A stretch of DNA of 64,000 nt from Gemmatimonadota bacterium (GTDB lineage: Bacteria > Gemmatimonadota > Gemmatimonadetes > Palauibacterales > Palauibacteraceae), in NCBI GenBank assembly GCA_046758745.1, contig JBHIAV010000002.1, positions 32,001-96,000 on the forward strand. The letters are read 5' to 3'. Positions within the stretch are counted from its first letter, which is position 1; each line of letters starts with the position of its first letter. The notes beneath the pieces were generated by a model. It saw only the letters and a program-made list of their open reading frames with translations, ran no database searches and was not told the origin of the DNA. Position numbers and translations under genes: made by a program. Of this stretch, positions 9,168 through 18,909 are shown piece by piece.

Positions 9168-10451
9168 ATGTCGCGCACTTGGGTCGCTGGTACGGCCTCC
9201 GCCCCCTCCACCGGGTTCCTCCGCGACTTCCAAGAGCTGGCGGAGGAGCTGCGGTCGCGTTTCCGGGCCTGGGAGAGGGCGCCGGAGCGGTGGAGCGAGG
9301 GGTTCTTCTCCGAGCTCGCGCTGCGCGCCTTCGATCTCCAGTTCCGCCGAAACGTTCCCTACCGCAGATTCTGTGAGGCTCGGGGGATTACGCCGAGCGG
9401 GGTGAGCTCGTGGAGAGAGATCCCGCCCGTGCCGACGGCCGCCTTCCGGGACGTGCCTCTGGTCGTCGGGTCACCCGAGGAAGCGGCGCTCGAGTTCGTG
9501 ACGAGCGGCACGACAGGCGGCCCGGAGCGACGGGGCCGGCACCTGGTTCGAGACCCGAAGCTCTACCGGGCTTCGCTGGAGGCTGCCTTTCGAGTCTTCG
9601 TTGTGCAGTCCGATAGTCGACTTAGAATGCTGCCTCTTCTCCCGCGCTTTACGAAGGAGCGCGCCTCGTCTCTCGGCTGGATGGTGGAGGCGGTCTGCCA
9701 GCGCTTCGGGGAGGGAGAGCCGCCGCTGCCCGCCGGGGCGGAAGGGTTGGATTGGAGTGTAGCGGACCTGGCGCTCACGGCGGCCCTGGAGAGCGGAGAG
9801 CCGCTGTGCATTCTGGCGACCACCCTGGCCGTCGATGAGTGGATGCGGCGGCTGGCGCGTGACGGTGTCACGGTGAGGCTCCCGGCCCGGTCACGGCTGA
9901 TGGACACCGGGGGCACCAAGGGACGGCCGGGCGTGGAGCGGGAGCGTGTCGCGCGGGAGGTGGAGGCGCGCCTCGGCATCGAGCCGCGCTGGATCCTCAA
10001 CGAGTTCGGGATGACCGAGCTCCTGTCGCAGCGCTACGCGACCCTCGAGGTGCCGGCCGGGGAGGCGGCGGCGGTGCGCGGAGCGGCTTCTGAAGCGGCG
10101 ACCGACGGCCCACCCCGACGCAGGGCCTCGGCCCGCGATCGGCCGGTGACCAGCGCGTGCGGGCCAGCCGCGATGGCCATCTTCGTCGAAGCGGGGCTGC
10201 TGTACGGTCCGCCGTGGCTGCGCACGCGCGTGCTCGACCCGGTGAGCCTGGCCGAGCTTCCTGAAGGGGAGACCGGGATCCTATGCCACTTCGACCTCGC
10301 AAATGCGGGAAGCGTGTGCGCGGTCCTCACCGAGGACCTCGGGCGGGTGAGAGACGGTGGCGTCGAATGGATGGGCCGGATGCCCGGGGCGGCGTCCCGA
10401 GGCTGCTCCCTCGCCACCGCAGAACTGCTCGCCGCGCAGCAGCGTGCTTGA
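9168..10451 (+). CDS. LuxE-like acyl-protein synthetase
   Basis: FVTSGTTG, MDTGGTKGR, NEFGMTELLSQ, DLANAGSV.AVLTEDLG, C-terminal RGCS acyl-acceptor motif. Confidence 0.85.
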   Translation: MSRTWVAGTASAPSTGFLRDFQELAEELRSRFRAWERAPERWSEGFFSELALRAFDLQFRRNVPYRRFCEARGITPSGVSSWREIPPVPTAAFRDVPLVVGSPEEAALEFVTSGTTGGPERRGRHLVRDPKLYRASLEAAFRVFVVQSDSRLRMLPLLPRFTKERASSLGWMVEAVCQRFGEGEPPLPAGAEGLDWSVADLALTAALESGEPLCILATTLAVDEWMRRLARDGVTVRLPARSRLMDTGGTKGRPGVERERVAREVEARLGIEPRWILNEFGMTELLSQRYATLEVPAGEAAAVRGAASEAATDGPPRRRASARDRPVTSACGPAAMAIFVEAGLLYGPPWLRTRVLDPVSLAELPEGETGILCHFDLANAGSVCAVLTEDLGRVRDGGVEWMGRMPGAASRGCSLATAELLAAQQRA

Positions 10452-11979
10452 TCTCTGGTACCTCCCCGGGTTCGAGACGGTGTGCGTGCCGGGCCCCGCG
10501 CCGGGACGGCCTGCGGAAGGGAGACGCCTGTCGAGGAGCTCGGCGGCATGGCACGTGGGCGCCGCAGCGGCCGGCGCGCCGTTCCGCTCGCCGCGCCTCA
10601 CCTCCGGGCAGGCGGCCAAGGTGGCGGAGATGGTGCGTGGTGCGGCACTCCAGGCACGCTCGGAGCGGCGAGTCGAGGAAGTCGTCCGCGCGATCGCGGC
10701 TGCTGCCGAACGGCTGGCGGATCCCGCGTCGGCGGAGGGTTCGGAGGCAGTGGCCCTCCTTGACGCCGAGCTGGGCTGGCCGGCTGAGCTGAGTTCCGAA
10801 ACGCTCGGCGGCATGGCGGACGGATGGACCGAGGAGGCGCTTCGCCGGCTGATCGAGTCCGAACTCGGCGACCTGCGCTACCTCGACGGCTTTCAGCCGG
10901 AGCCGCCGGGGGGCGCGGACCGTGCGGGAGATGGGGCGAACCGGGGTCGCTGGCGCCGGGCCGGCGGGCCCCCGCTCCTCTTCCAAGTACACGCCGGAAA
11001 CGTTCCCGGCGTGGCGATCACCGGCGTGATCCGCGGTCTCCTGGCGCGCTCCGGGGTGCTCGCCAAGCTCCCCGAGGACGAACCGGGTCTCCTGGTCCTC
11101 TTCGCCCGGGCCGTGGCCCGGCAGGATCCGCTCCTCGGACGGAGCATGGCCGCCACGTGGTGGCCCGGCTCCACGGATACGCCGGCCTGGGGTGAATGGG
11201 TAAAGCGTGCAGGCAAAGTCGTGGTGTACGGCGGAGAAGAGGCGGTTTCGGCGGTTCGCTCCCGGGTCACGGGAGGGGTGGAGGTGCTCGCCTATGGGCC
11301 CCGCGTGGGAGTCGCCGTCGTCTTCGCGGAGGGGCCCGCCTTCGGGGAGAGTGACGCGGCTACACGATCCGCCGCTCCGGGGGAGGACGCCCGACGATTG
11401 GCGCGGGACGTGTGCGCCTACGAGCAGCAGGGGTGCGTGTCGCCGCGCCTCGTCTATGTAGTGGGAGGGCCGGTGCGGCCGTTCGCCGCCCGTCTGGAGC
11501 GAGCCCTGGCGGAGGAAGTCGCCCGCATTCCGCGGCCGAGGGCCCGACCCGTCGATGCGGTGGCGATCCGCTCCATGCGAGCTGCGGCGGAGCTCCGTGG
11601 CTACGCGGAAGGGGGTGAAGAGGCGGCCGGAGGCGTGCTCGGCGCTCCGGAAGACCTCTCGTGGACGGTGGTGTGGTCGGAGAGACCGTCGATGTCGGGC
11701 GAGGCCCTCCCGCGCGTGGTCCATGTGTACCCGGCCCGTGACGTGAGCGAGCTGCTCGAGATCCTCTCGCCCCTGGAGGGTCGGATCCAGGCTGTCGGAT
11801 ACGCCGGCGGCGAAGGGTCCGCGGAGCTGGCCGCGCTCGCGGAGGGGGCAGCGAAACTCGGAGTGAGCCGGCTCACGCCCGTCGGCCGTATGGCCTGGCC
11901 TCCCGTCGACTGGCGCCACGACGGCCGCCATCAACTGCTCCCCCTCCTGCGGTGGACGGACTGGGAGTCCGCGGATTGA
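10444..11979 (+). CDS. LuxC-like acyl-CoA/acyl-protein reductase
   Basis: AGNVPG, VVYGGEEAV, YGPRVG, catalytic YEQQGCVSP, WRHDGR. Start overlaps the luxE-like stop. Confidence 0.85.
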   Translation: MLDLWYLPGFETVCVPGPAPGRPAEGRRLSRSSAAWHVGAAAAGAPFRSPRLTSGQAAKVAEMVRGAALQARSERRVEEVVRAIAAAAERLADPASAEGSEAVALLDAELGWPAELSSETLGGMADGWTEEALRRLIESELGDLRYLDGFQPEPPGGADRAGDGANRGRWRRAGGPPLLFQVHAGNVPGVAITGVIRGLLARSGVLAKLPEDEPGLLVLFARAVARQDPLLGRSMAATWWPGSTDTPAWGEWVKRAGKVVVYGGEEAVSAVRSRVTGGVEVLAYGPRVGVAVVFAEGPAFGESDAATRSAAPGEDARRLARDVCAYEQQGCVSPRLVYVVGGPVRPFAARLERALAEEVARIPRPRARPVDAVAIRSMRAAAELRGYAEGGEEAAGGVLGAPEDLSWTVVWSERPSMSGEALPRVVHVYPARDVSELLEILSPLEGRIQAVGYAGGEGSAELAALAEGAAKLGVSRLTPVGRMAWPPVDWRHDGRHQLLPLLRWTDWESAD

Positions 11980-12161
11980 GTCGGGCCGCCCTCGAAGGGC
12001 GGGTGGTGCCGAAGGCCATTCCCCCCTCCGAGCCGGCGGCGACCTGTACGCGGTCGGGGCGGTCCGATACTTTCGCGACCGGCCGCCCCAGGGGTGGGCG
12101 GTGCGTGGCGGGGAAGGACTCGGGGCGTCGCAGATTCGAGAGCACGAAGGAGGATGGAGCG

Positions 12162-14276
12162 ATGACGGCGGCGATGGGGGCGGACAGAGGTTCCGGGGCG
12201 AAGCGTCTCACCAGGGCGAGCGGGTCGGGAGTGGGGAGAGGCCCCAGCCCGGCGCAGGGTCTCTCCCGGGCGAGGGATCTCCGGCCGGCCGTGCGTCGCT
12301 GCACGGTGATAGCGGCCGCGCTTCTCCTGACCTCGGCCGCAGCTTCCGCCCAGGAAAGCGCGGCGCCGGTACCGTCGCGCCCGGCGCAGGGGCTGGTTGT
12401 CGACTACCCGGTGTTCCGTCCCGTCGTGCCGCCACCCGGATATCGGGCGGCCATAGAGCAGGGAACCCGAAGCGACGACGGCCGCCCCGGACCCGGCTAC
12501 TGGCAACAGCGGGTGGATTACCGGATCGAGACGGAGCTCCACCCCACCGACGCCCGCCTGGAAGGCCGGGAGACGATCACGTACACCAACAGCTCCCCTG
12601 ACTCTCTTCCCCGACTCGTGTTGCACCTGTACCAGAACGTCTTCTCGGAAGGGGTGACGAGGAACCGCCCCGTGGGATTCAAGGGAGGCGTCGAGCTGAA
12701 GCGGGTCGCCGTGGCCGGGGTCGATCTGGAGGAGATCACAGGACAGGAGTTTCAACGGCGGATCCGAGCGGGCCTCCGCCGCGAGGGAGGGTATCTGGTC
12801 GTTGGGACGATCGCGCATGTCCTGCTTCCGACGGACCTGCCTTCCGGAGGGAGCATGGAGCTCGAGGTCGAGTGGGCGATTCCGATCCCTGACACGGGCG
12901 CCTTCCGCATGGGCCACCTGCGCAACGAGATCTTCAACCTGGCCCAATGGTACCCGCAGGTCGCCGTGTACGACGACGTGTATGGGCAGGATGCCTCGCC
13001 CTACCTGGGCAACGGGGAGTTCTACACGGAGTTCGGGAGCTTCGACGTGTCGGTGACCGTGCCGGTGGGTTGGGTCGTCGTCGGTACCGGCGTGCTGAAG
13101 AACGCGGAGGAGGTGCTGCGGCCGGAGGCGCGCCGGCGTCTGGAAATGGCCGCCAAGTCCGATGAAGTCATCGGTGTCGTTACGGCCGGTGACCGTGCGG
13201 AGGGCCGCGCGACTGCTGCGGGGACGAACGGGAAGCTCACCTGGCGCTTCCACGCCGATAGCGTGCGGGACTTCGCCTTCGCAGCCGGGGTCCGCTACGT
13301 GTGGGACGCTACGAGCGCACGTACGGGGGATGGGAATCGGCGCGCTCTCATCCACGTCGTCCGGGACCCCGCGGTCGAGCACTGGAAGAAGGGGGCCGAG
13401 TACGCGAAGCACGCGCTCGAGTTCTACAGCGACTTCGTGATGCCCTATCCCTACCCCCACGCCACGGTGGCGTACGGTCCCCCGCAGGTAGGTGGGATGG
13501 AGTACCCGATGGTCACCTTCATCAACCGTTCGGCTCCCGGTGAGCCGTTCTACAGTGTCGTCGCGCACGAGCTGGGCCACTTCTGGTTCCCCATGATTGT
13601 CCAGAACAAGGAGATGGCATTCCCGTGGATGGATGAAGGGATCACCAACTTCGACGAGTCGCTTGCCCGGGCTGACTTCTTCGACAACGAGAACGCCCGC
13701 CGCGGCGACATGAGCGCCTACATCCAGGCAACTCGTTTCGGGGTCGAGGCGCCGTTGATGGAGCACACGGACTTCGTAGAGCACGGTTTCGGGCGAGCCG
13801 TCGCCGCGTACATGAAGCCGGCGACGATCCTCCACTCGCTGCGTCACATGCTAGGGGCCGAGAAGTTCGACGCCGCGTTCCGCCAGTTCGCCACCGATTG
13901 GGCATTCAAGCACCCGCTGCCGTGGGATTTCTTCAACGCGATGGAGCGTGCGGCGGGGGAGGATCTCGACTGGTTCTGGCAAGCATGGTTCTACGAGACC
14001 GTGACGCTGGACCAGGCGATCGAGGAGGTCACGCCTACCGACGGCGGGGTGTCGGTGACGGTGAAGAATCTGGGCGATGGCGTCATGCCGGTAGAGCTGG
14101 AGCTCGAGCTCGAGGATGGGACCAAGACCCGAGTGACGTGGGAAGCCGAGGTGTGGGCGGCAACCCGGACGGCGACCCGGACGCTGGCCGTGTCGGCCCC
14201 GGTCAAGAGGATCGTCATCGATCCCGACAGCTATTACCCGGACACGGACCGCTCGAACAACTCGTGGACGAAGTGA
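12162..14276 (+). CDS. Secreted M1-family zinc aminopeptidase
   Basis: GGMEYP and HELGH-x18-E (WMDEG); YWQQRVDYRI; signal peptide; SD AAGGAGG. Confidence 0.92.
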   Translation: MTAAMGADRGSGAKRLTRASGSGVGRGPSPAQGLSRARDLRPAVRRCTVIAAALLLTSAAASAQESAAPVPSRPAQGLVVDYPVFRPVVPPPGYRAAIEQGTRSDDGRPGPGYWQQRVDYRIETELHPTDARLEGRETITYTNSSPDSLPRLVLHLYQNVFSEGVTRNRPVGFKGGVELKRVAVAGVDLEEITGQEFQRRIRAGLRREGGYLVVGTIAHVLLPTDLPSGGSMELEVEWAIPIPDTGAFRMGHLRNEIFNLAQWYPQVAVYDDVYGQDASPYLGNGEFYTEFGSFDVSVTVPVGWVVVGTGVLKNAEEVLRPEARRRLEMAAKSDEVIGVVTAGDRAEGRATAAGTNGKLTWRFHADSVRDFAFAAGVRYVWDATSARTGDGNRRALIHVVRDPAVEHWKKGAEYAKHALEFYSDFVMPYPYPHATVAYGPPQVGGMEYPMVTFINRSAPGEPFYSVVAHELGHFWFPMIVQNKEMAFPWMDEGITNFDESLARADFFDNENARRGDMSAYIQATRFGVEAPLMEHTDFVEHGFGRAVAAYMKPATILHSLRHMLGAEKFDAAFRQFATDWAFKHPLPWDFFNAMERAAGEDLDWFWQAWFYETVTLDQAIEEVTPTDGGVSVTVKNLGDGVMPVELELELEDGTKTRVTWEAEVWAATRTATRTLAVSAPVKRIVIDPDSYYPDTDRSNNSWTK

Positions 14277-14307
14277 CCTGTCTCGGAGGCGACGGGAGAC
14301 AGAGCCG

Positions 14308-14781
14308 CTAAGCCAGCTTCTGCAGCTCCTCGAGGAGTTCGGTCCTCGACATCGCGGATCTCGGGTTCAGTCCGCCCCGCCGGTAGCGAAGGATCCCGTC
14401 CTTGTCGACCAGCACCGTGCCGCTTCGCTGGATCAGCTTCCATGCCTTCTCGAAGCCGTAGGCCCGGTACGTCCTTCGGTCGGGATCCGAGAGGACGGGG
14501 AAGGACATTCCGAGCAGACGATGGACGCGGGCCGCGGCGGCGGGGCTCCCGCCGCCGATGACCAGCGCTGTCGCGCTCTGGGCCTGCAGCTCCTCGGCCA
14601 TCCGCCCCAACTGGGCGGCGTGCATGAGACACGGCACTCAGGTGAACTCCCGCACGAAGTGGATCACCACGTGTCGGTAGTTTCGGAAGGCGGCCAGCGT
14701 CACGCGGCTTCCCGAGCCGGAGACTAGGTCGAAGTCGGGCGCTGGCGACCCGATGCCCGGAGCGACGAAGTCGGGGTTCAT
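14308..14781 (-). CDS. AhpC/TSA peroxiredoxin-like selenoprotein (UxxC)
   Basis: SD GGAGGAGG + ATG at 14781. MNPDFVAPGIGSPAPDFDL...VVIHFVREFT-[TGA 14640-14638]-VPCLMH continues in frame into the tracked ORF 14308-14637 (FPVLSDPDRRTYRAYG, GTVLVDKDGILRY). The TGA sits at the first Cys position of CxxC. Confidence 0.85.
14602..14618 (-). promoter_or_regulatory. Candidate bacterial SECIS hairpin
   Basis: mRNA CCGCCC-AGUUG-GGGCGG; the apical loop starts 25 nt after the UGA and contains GU. Confidence 0.6.
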
Positions 14782-14804
14782 CTTCCTCCTCCCGACGGAT
14801 GGGT

Positions 14805-16502
14805 TCAGGGTGTGGGCGCGTCCGGCTCTGGCGTCCGCCAGCGCCCGTTCTGTTCCTCGGCCAGCGCGTGTTCAGGCTCGCACCGGCGTCGGTACACCGT
14901 GAACGCGCCGACCACGCTCAGGCGGTCGTAGGATTGGAAGATCTCGGCGAAGCGTGTGTCCTGCGAAAAATACTCGACGTAGTCGAACGCAGTCGCGCCC
15001 AGACGTGATTTGGTCCGTGCCGACTCGACGATGAGCAGCGCGGGTCGTTCCCGCAGAAGGTCCTCGACCACCACGTTCACCAGCCAGCGCTCCAGCTCCG
15101 GCCGCTCATGCGGCGGATGGTAAGGGAAGGGCGACGCCCTCGGCTCTACGTCGGCATACAGCCCGGGCAGGGGCCAGAGCTGCAGGAAGCGAGATCCCCA
15201 CCTCACGCCCGTCTGGCTGACCAGGGGGAAGCCGACGGGCGCGGCCGAAAGGGCCACCACCGCCTCGTCGGCCGAGGCGTTTTCGCGCACCAGGCGGGCC
15301 AGCGCGGGGAACGACCCGCGTGCCTCCGGATGCCGTGCCGCCGTCGCCCCGGAGAGCACCAGGATTCCCACCATGCCGAGGACGGCCATGAAGGAGCCAA
15401 CCGCGCCGATGGCGCTGAGGTGCTGGCCGGACGGCTCCTCGTGCGCTCGGCCACGTCCCACACGCACCGCGCCCTCGGCCCCCGCCCAGACCGTCACCCC
15501 CGCCAGCACCGAGGCGGCGGCGAGCGGCGGGTACAGCTGGTAGGTCCACCCCTTCCCCTGAAGAAACGCCGCCACGGTGAAGCCGGCCGTGGCGAGCGCG
15601 AGGACCCATGAGAGTTCGCGATAGGGTGGAGCCGGCCGCAGCAGCGAGAAAAGCGCGAGCGACGCGCCGGCCCAGATGAGCTGCGGGGATCGCACGAGGT
15701 CTTCCATGGCGACGTCGAAAGCCCCGTACACCTGGACAACCGCGGCCGCCATGTCGAGGTACCGGGGACTCACCAGAAGGACGACGAGCCCGTACCCCGC
15801 GATCACCGCGTAGGCGATGGCGCTCTCCGGCCGCGTCGTTCGCGACCGGTCGGGAGAAGCGCGGTCTGGCCGCCGCCGGACCAGTGCCGCATAGCCGTCG
15901 CCAGCGAGAAGCGGCACCAGGAAATGCGGCTTGAGGGCGAAGCCGAGCCCGCCCGCCACGCCGATCGCTGCGGCCGCCAGCCGGGGCAACGTCGCCCCGC
16001 TCGCCCGTAGCGCCGTGGCGAGGAAGTAGGGCGTCACCAGCATCAGCATCAGGTGTTCCCGCTGTCCGAACGCTCCGCGCGAGAGGGGGAGGAAGACGAA
16101 CGCGACGAGCAGCAAAAGGTACGTCACGGTCGGCCGCCCGCCGTCGCGGCAGAGCCAGCGGACAGCGGCGAGCGAGCCGAGGGCGAGCGCGGCGACGAGC
16201 AGATTGAAGAACACGAAATGCGAGATCCCCGTGAGCCGGCCGAGCAGGGCCGGCGTGAGGTTGAGCCAGACGATGAGCGGGGGGTTCGTGTCGAAGAGGT
16301 CGACATAGAGCCGCGCGCCGTCGAGGACCCGCTCCGCCGAGTACAGGTACCAGGCGACGTCGGGGAGGGGTGCGTCACGGAAGGCCCGAAACAGCCCGGC
16401 GGCGACCACCGCGCCGACGAGAAGCCACCCGGCCGGTCCGCGCAGGGGCCGGAACCTGAGGTCGTGGAGAGCGCGAGCCAGCCCTCGCTTGGAGAGCCTC
16501 AC
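14805..16502 (-). CDS. Polytopic membrane protein, GT-C glycosyltransferase-like
   Basis: About 11 TM segments; first loop DVAWYLYSAERVLDGARLYVDLFDTNPPL; GQREH and LKPHF motifs; soluble C-terminal domain. Confidence 0.55.
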   Translation of the reverse strand: MRLSKRGLARALHDLRFRPLRGPAGWLLVGAVVAAGLFRAFRDAPLPDVAWYLYSAERVLDGARLYVDLFDTNPPLIVWLNLTPALLGRLTGISHFVFFNLLVAALALGSLAAVRWLCRDGGRPTVTYLLLLVAFVFLPLSRGAFGQREHLMLMLVTPYFLATALRASGATLPRLAAAAIGVAGGLGFALKPHFLVPLLAGDGYAALVRRRPDRASPDRSRTTRPESAIAYAVIAGYGLVVLLVSPRYLDMAAAVVQVYGAFDVAMEDLVRSPQLIWAGASLALFSLLRPAPPYRELSWVLALATAGFTVAAFLQGKGWTYQLYPPLAAASVLAGVTVWAGAEGAVRVGRGRAHEEPSGQHLSAIGAVGSFMAVLGMVGILVLSGATAARHPEARGSFPALARLVRENASADEAVVALSAAPVGFPLVSQTGVRWGSRFLQLWPLPGLYADVEPRASPFPYHPPHERPELERWLVNVVVEDLLRERPALLIVESARTKSRLGATAFDYVEYFSQDTRFAEIFQSYDRLSVVGAFTVYRRRCEPEHALAEEQNGRWRTPEPDAPTP

Positions 16503-16602
16503 CCCTTGCCCTCGCAGGGGCGCCGCTCCACCGCCCGGGCCGCGGCCCGCACGCGGCCGCCGCCGTTGACGGCCGCGCTCTGGCGCCCGAGGATCCGAGA
16601 AT

Positions 16603-17337
16603 ATGAGCGCATCGTACGATTCCTACGCCGTCGCGTGGTCGGGAGGCAAGGACTCCGCCCACGCGCTGCACCGGGCCCGGCGCGGCGGCTACCCCGTCAC
16701 CTGCCTGTTGAACCTTTACGACGGAGCATCCGGCCGCGTGCGCTTCCACGGCGTTCGGCAGGAGCTCATCGCGGCGCAAGCGCACGCTCTCGGCTGCAGT
16801 CTGCATCAGCGCGCCACAGGGAGAGACGATTTCGAGGCCGTCTTCCTCGCTGCCCTGGAGGAGCTCCGCGCCGCGGGGATGCGTGGGGTCGTCTTCGGCA
16901 ACATCCACCTGGCCGACGTGCGGGAGTGGTACGAGACGAGGACACGGAGGCTCGGCCTCGACCACGTAGAGCCGCTGTGGGGGGAAGACCCGGGCCGGCT
17001 GGCGCGCGAGGCCGTCGAAGCCGGCATCCGTGCCACGATCGTGAGCGTGGATCTGGCGCAGGCCGATGCCGCTTGGCTCGGATGCGGTCTTTCGGAGAAG
17101 CTCATCCGGGAGATGGAGGAGAGCACGGGAGCCGACCCGTGCGGCGAGCACGGAGAGTACCACACCTTTGTGCACGACGGTCCGGATTTCCGCTGGCCGC
17201 TTCGGCTGCGAGCGGGCGACATCTTCGAGGCCGAGAACCATCGCCTGCTCGACTTGATCCTCGACCCGGAGGCCCGATCGGCGGGGCCCGTCCCGGCCGC
17301 CCCCGTGGGTCGCAGGGCCGAGCCGCCGGCGAGGTAG
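16603..17337 (+). CDS. Dph6/MJ0570-family PP-loop ATP pyrophosphatase
   Basis: WSGGKDS, FGNIHL, EPLWG, DPCGEHGEYHTFVHDGP. Confidence 0.88.
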   Translation: MSASYDSYAVAWSGGKDSAHALHRARRGGYPVTCLLNLYDGASGRVRFHGVRQELIAAQAHALGCSLHQRATGRDDFEAVFLAALEELRAAGMRGVVFGNIHLADVREWYETRTRRLGLDHVEPLWGEDPGRLAREAVEAGIRATIVSVDLAQADAAWLGCGLSEKLIREMEESTGADPCGEHGEYHTFVHDGPDFRWPLRLRAGDIFEAENHRLLDLILDPEARSAGPVPAAPVGRRAEPPAR

Positions 17338-17411
17338 CCCGTCTGCACCCCGGGCCCATACCTTCGGACCGGTCCGTGAGTGAACGCAACGTAGAGAGGA
17401 GACCGCCGCCC

Positions 17412-18803
17412 GTGACCGACATCGCCGCCTATCTCGAGACGAACCGGGCACGCTTCGAAAGCGAGCTCGCCGATTTTCTTCGCATCCCGAGCGTCAGCAC
17501 CCTGACGAGTGCGAAGCCGGCCCTCCTCCGGTGCGCCGAGTACGTTGCGGCTCGGATCCGCGACGCCGGTGTCGACAAGGTCGAGGTCGTGCCCACCGAG
17601 GGGAACCCGATCGTCGTGGCGGAACAGATCGTCTCCTCCGACGCCCCGACGCTCCTCGTGTACGGCCACTACGACGTGCAGCCCTCGGATCCCGAGCACC
17701 TGTGGACCGCTCCGCCCTTCGAGCCCGAGGTGCGCGACGGCCGCATGTACGCGCGCGGCGCGATCGACGACAAGGGTCAGGTCCACATGCACATCAAGGC
17801 GCTGGAAGCTCGCCTAAAGAGCGGCGCTGGGCTCCCGGTGAACACGAAGCTCGTGATCGAAGGTGAGGAGGAGATCGGAAGCCGAAACCTCGAGGCGTTT
17901 CTCCACGCGCATTCGGACCGGCTCTCCTGCGACGCGGTGGTGATCAGTGACACGGGAATGCTGGCAGCGGACTGTCCCTCGATCGGCATGGGGCTGCGGG
18001 GCATCGCGTACCTCGAGGTGAGCTTCCGGGGACCCGCGACCGACCTTCACTCCGGGTCGTACGGCGGGGCGGTCGTGAATCCCGCCAATGCCCTCGCCGC
18101 CACGATCGCCCGTCTCAAGGACGAGCGCGGGCGGGTGACGATCCCGGGCTTCTACGACCGAGTGCGACCGATCACGGAGGAGGAAAGGGAGCAGCTGCGC
18201 GCGCTTCCCTTCGACGATGAGCAGTTCCGCACGGAGGTCGGCGCCCCGGCCCTGGGCGGCGAGGCCGGCTACTCGACCCTCGAGCGCCTGTGGTATCGTC
18301 CCACGCTGGACGTGAACGGGATGCTCAGCGGGTGGACAGGCGAGGGATCGAAGACCGTGCTGCCCTCCAAGGCCACGGCGAAGATCTCCATGCGGCTCGT
18401 GCCTGACCAGGATCCCACCGACATCGCGGAGCGGTTCCGGGCGCACATCGAAGCCCTCGCGCCAGCCGGAGTCGAGGTGGAGGTGAAGAGCTCGCACGGA
18501 GGAGAGCCGTGGGCCGCCGATCCGCAGCACCCGATCTTCGACGCCGCCGCGGCCGCCCTGGAGGCTGCCTTCGGGAAGAAGCCGGTCTACATCCGAGAGG
18601 GCGGTTCGATCCCGATCGTCCCGATGTTCGAGCGCACCTTCGACGCACCGGTTCTCCTGCTCGGCTTCGCCCTCCCGGGATGCAACGCGCACGCGCCCGA
18701 CGAGTGGATCGACCTCCGGATGTACGCGCGGGGAATCGAGACGATCGCCCAGCTCTACGACGAGGTGGCCGCCCGCAGGCTCAGGGAGACAGCGCGGGCG
18801 TGA
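17412..18803 (+). CDS. M20-family dipeptidase
   Basis: FLRIPSVS, YGHYDVQP, ARGAIDDKGQ, EGEEEIGS, DLHSG, GGSIP, HAPDE. Confidence 0.93.
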   Translation: MTDIAAYLETNRARFESELADFLRIPSVSTLTSAKPALLRCAEYVAARIRDAGVDKVEVVPTEGNPIVVAEQIVSSDAPTLLVYGHYDVQPSDPEHLWTAPPFEPEVRDGRMYARGAIDDKGQVHMHIKALEARLKSGAGLPVNTKLVIEGEEEIGSRNLEAFLHAHSDRLSCDAVVISDTGMLAADCPSIGMGLRGIAYLEVSFRGPATDLHSGSYGGAVVNPANALAATIARLKDERGRVTIPGFYDRVRPITEEEREQLRALPFDDEQFRTEVGAPALGGEAGYSTLERLWYRPTLDVNGMLSGWTGEGSKTVLPSKATAKISMRLVPDQDPTDIAERFRAHIEALAPAGVEVEVKSSHGGEPWAADPQHPIFDAAAAALEAAFGKKPVYIREGGSIPIVPMFERTFDAPVLLLGFALPGCNAHAPDEWIDLRMYARGIETIAQLYDEVAARRLRETARA

Positions 18804-18909
18804 GCCGCAGGGAGACGGCGCGGGGTGAGCTGGCTCCGGCAGCCGGCGCGGGGGCGAGCCTGCTCGCGGAGGCGGCGCCCGGGAGAACCGGCCTCGATCA
18901 GCGCCCCGC

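Noticed and set aside
9168-11979. Bioluminescence operon
   Set aside because: No luxA, luxB or luxD present.
16603-17337. Bacterial diphthamide synthesis
   Set aside because: Dph6-like ATPases are widespread in bacteria without the pathway, and no dph2 or dph5 is present.
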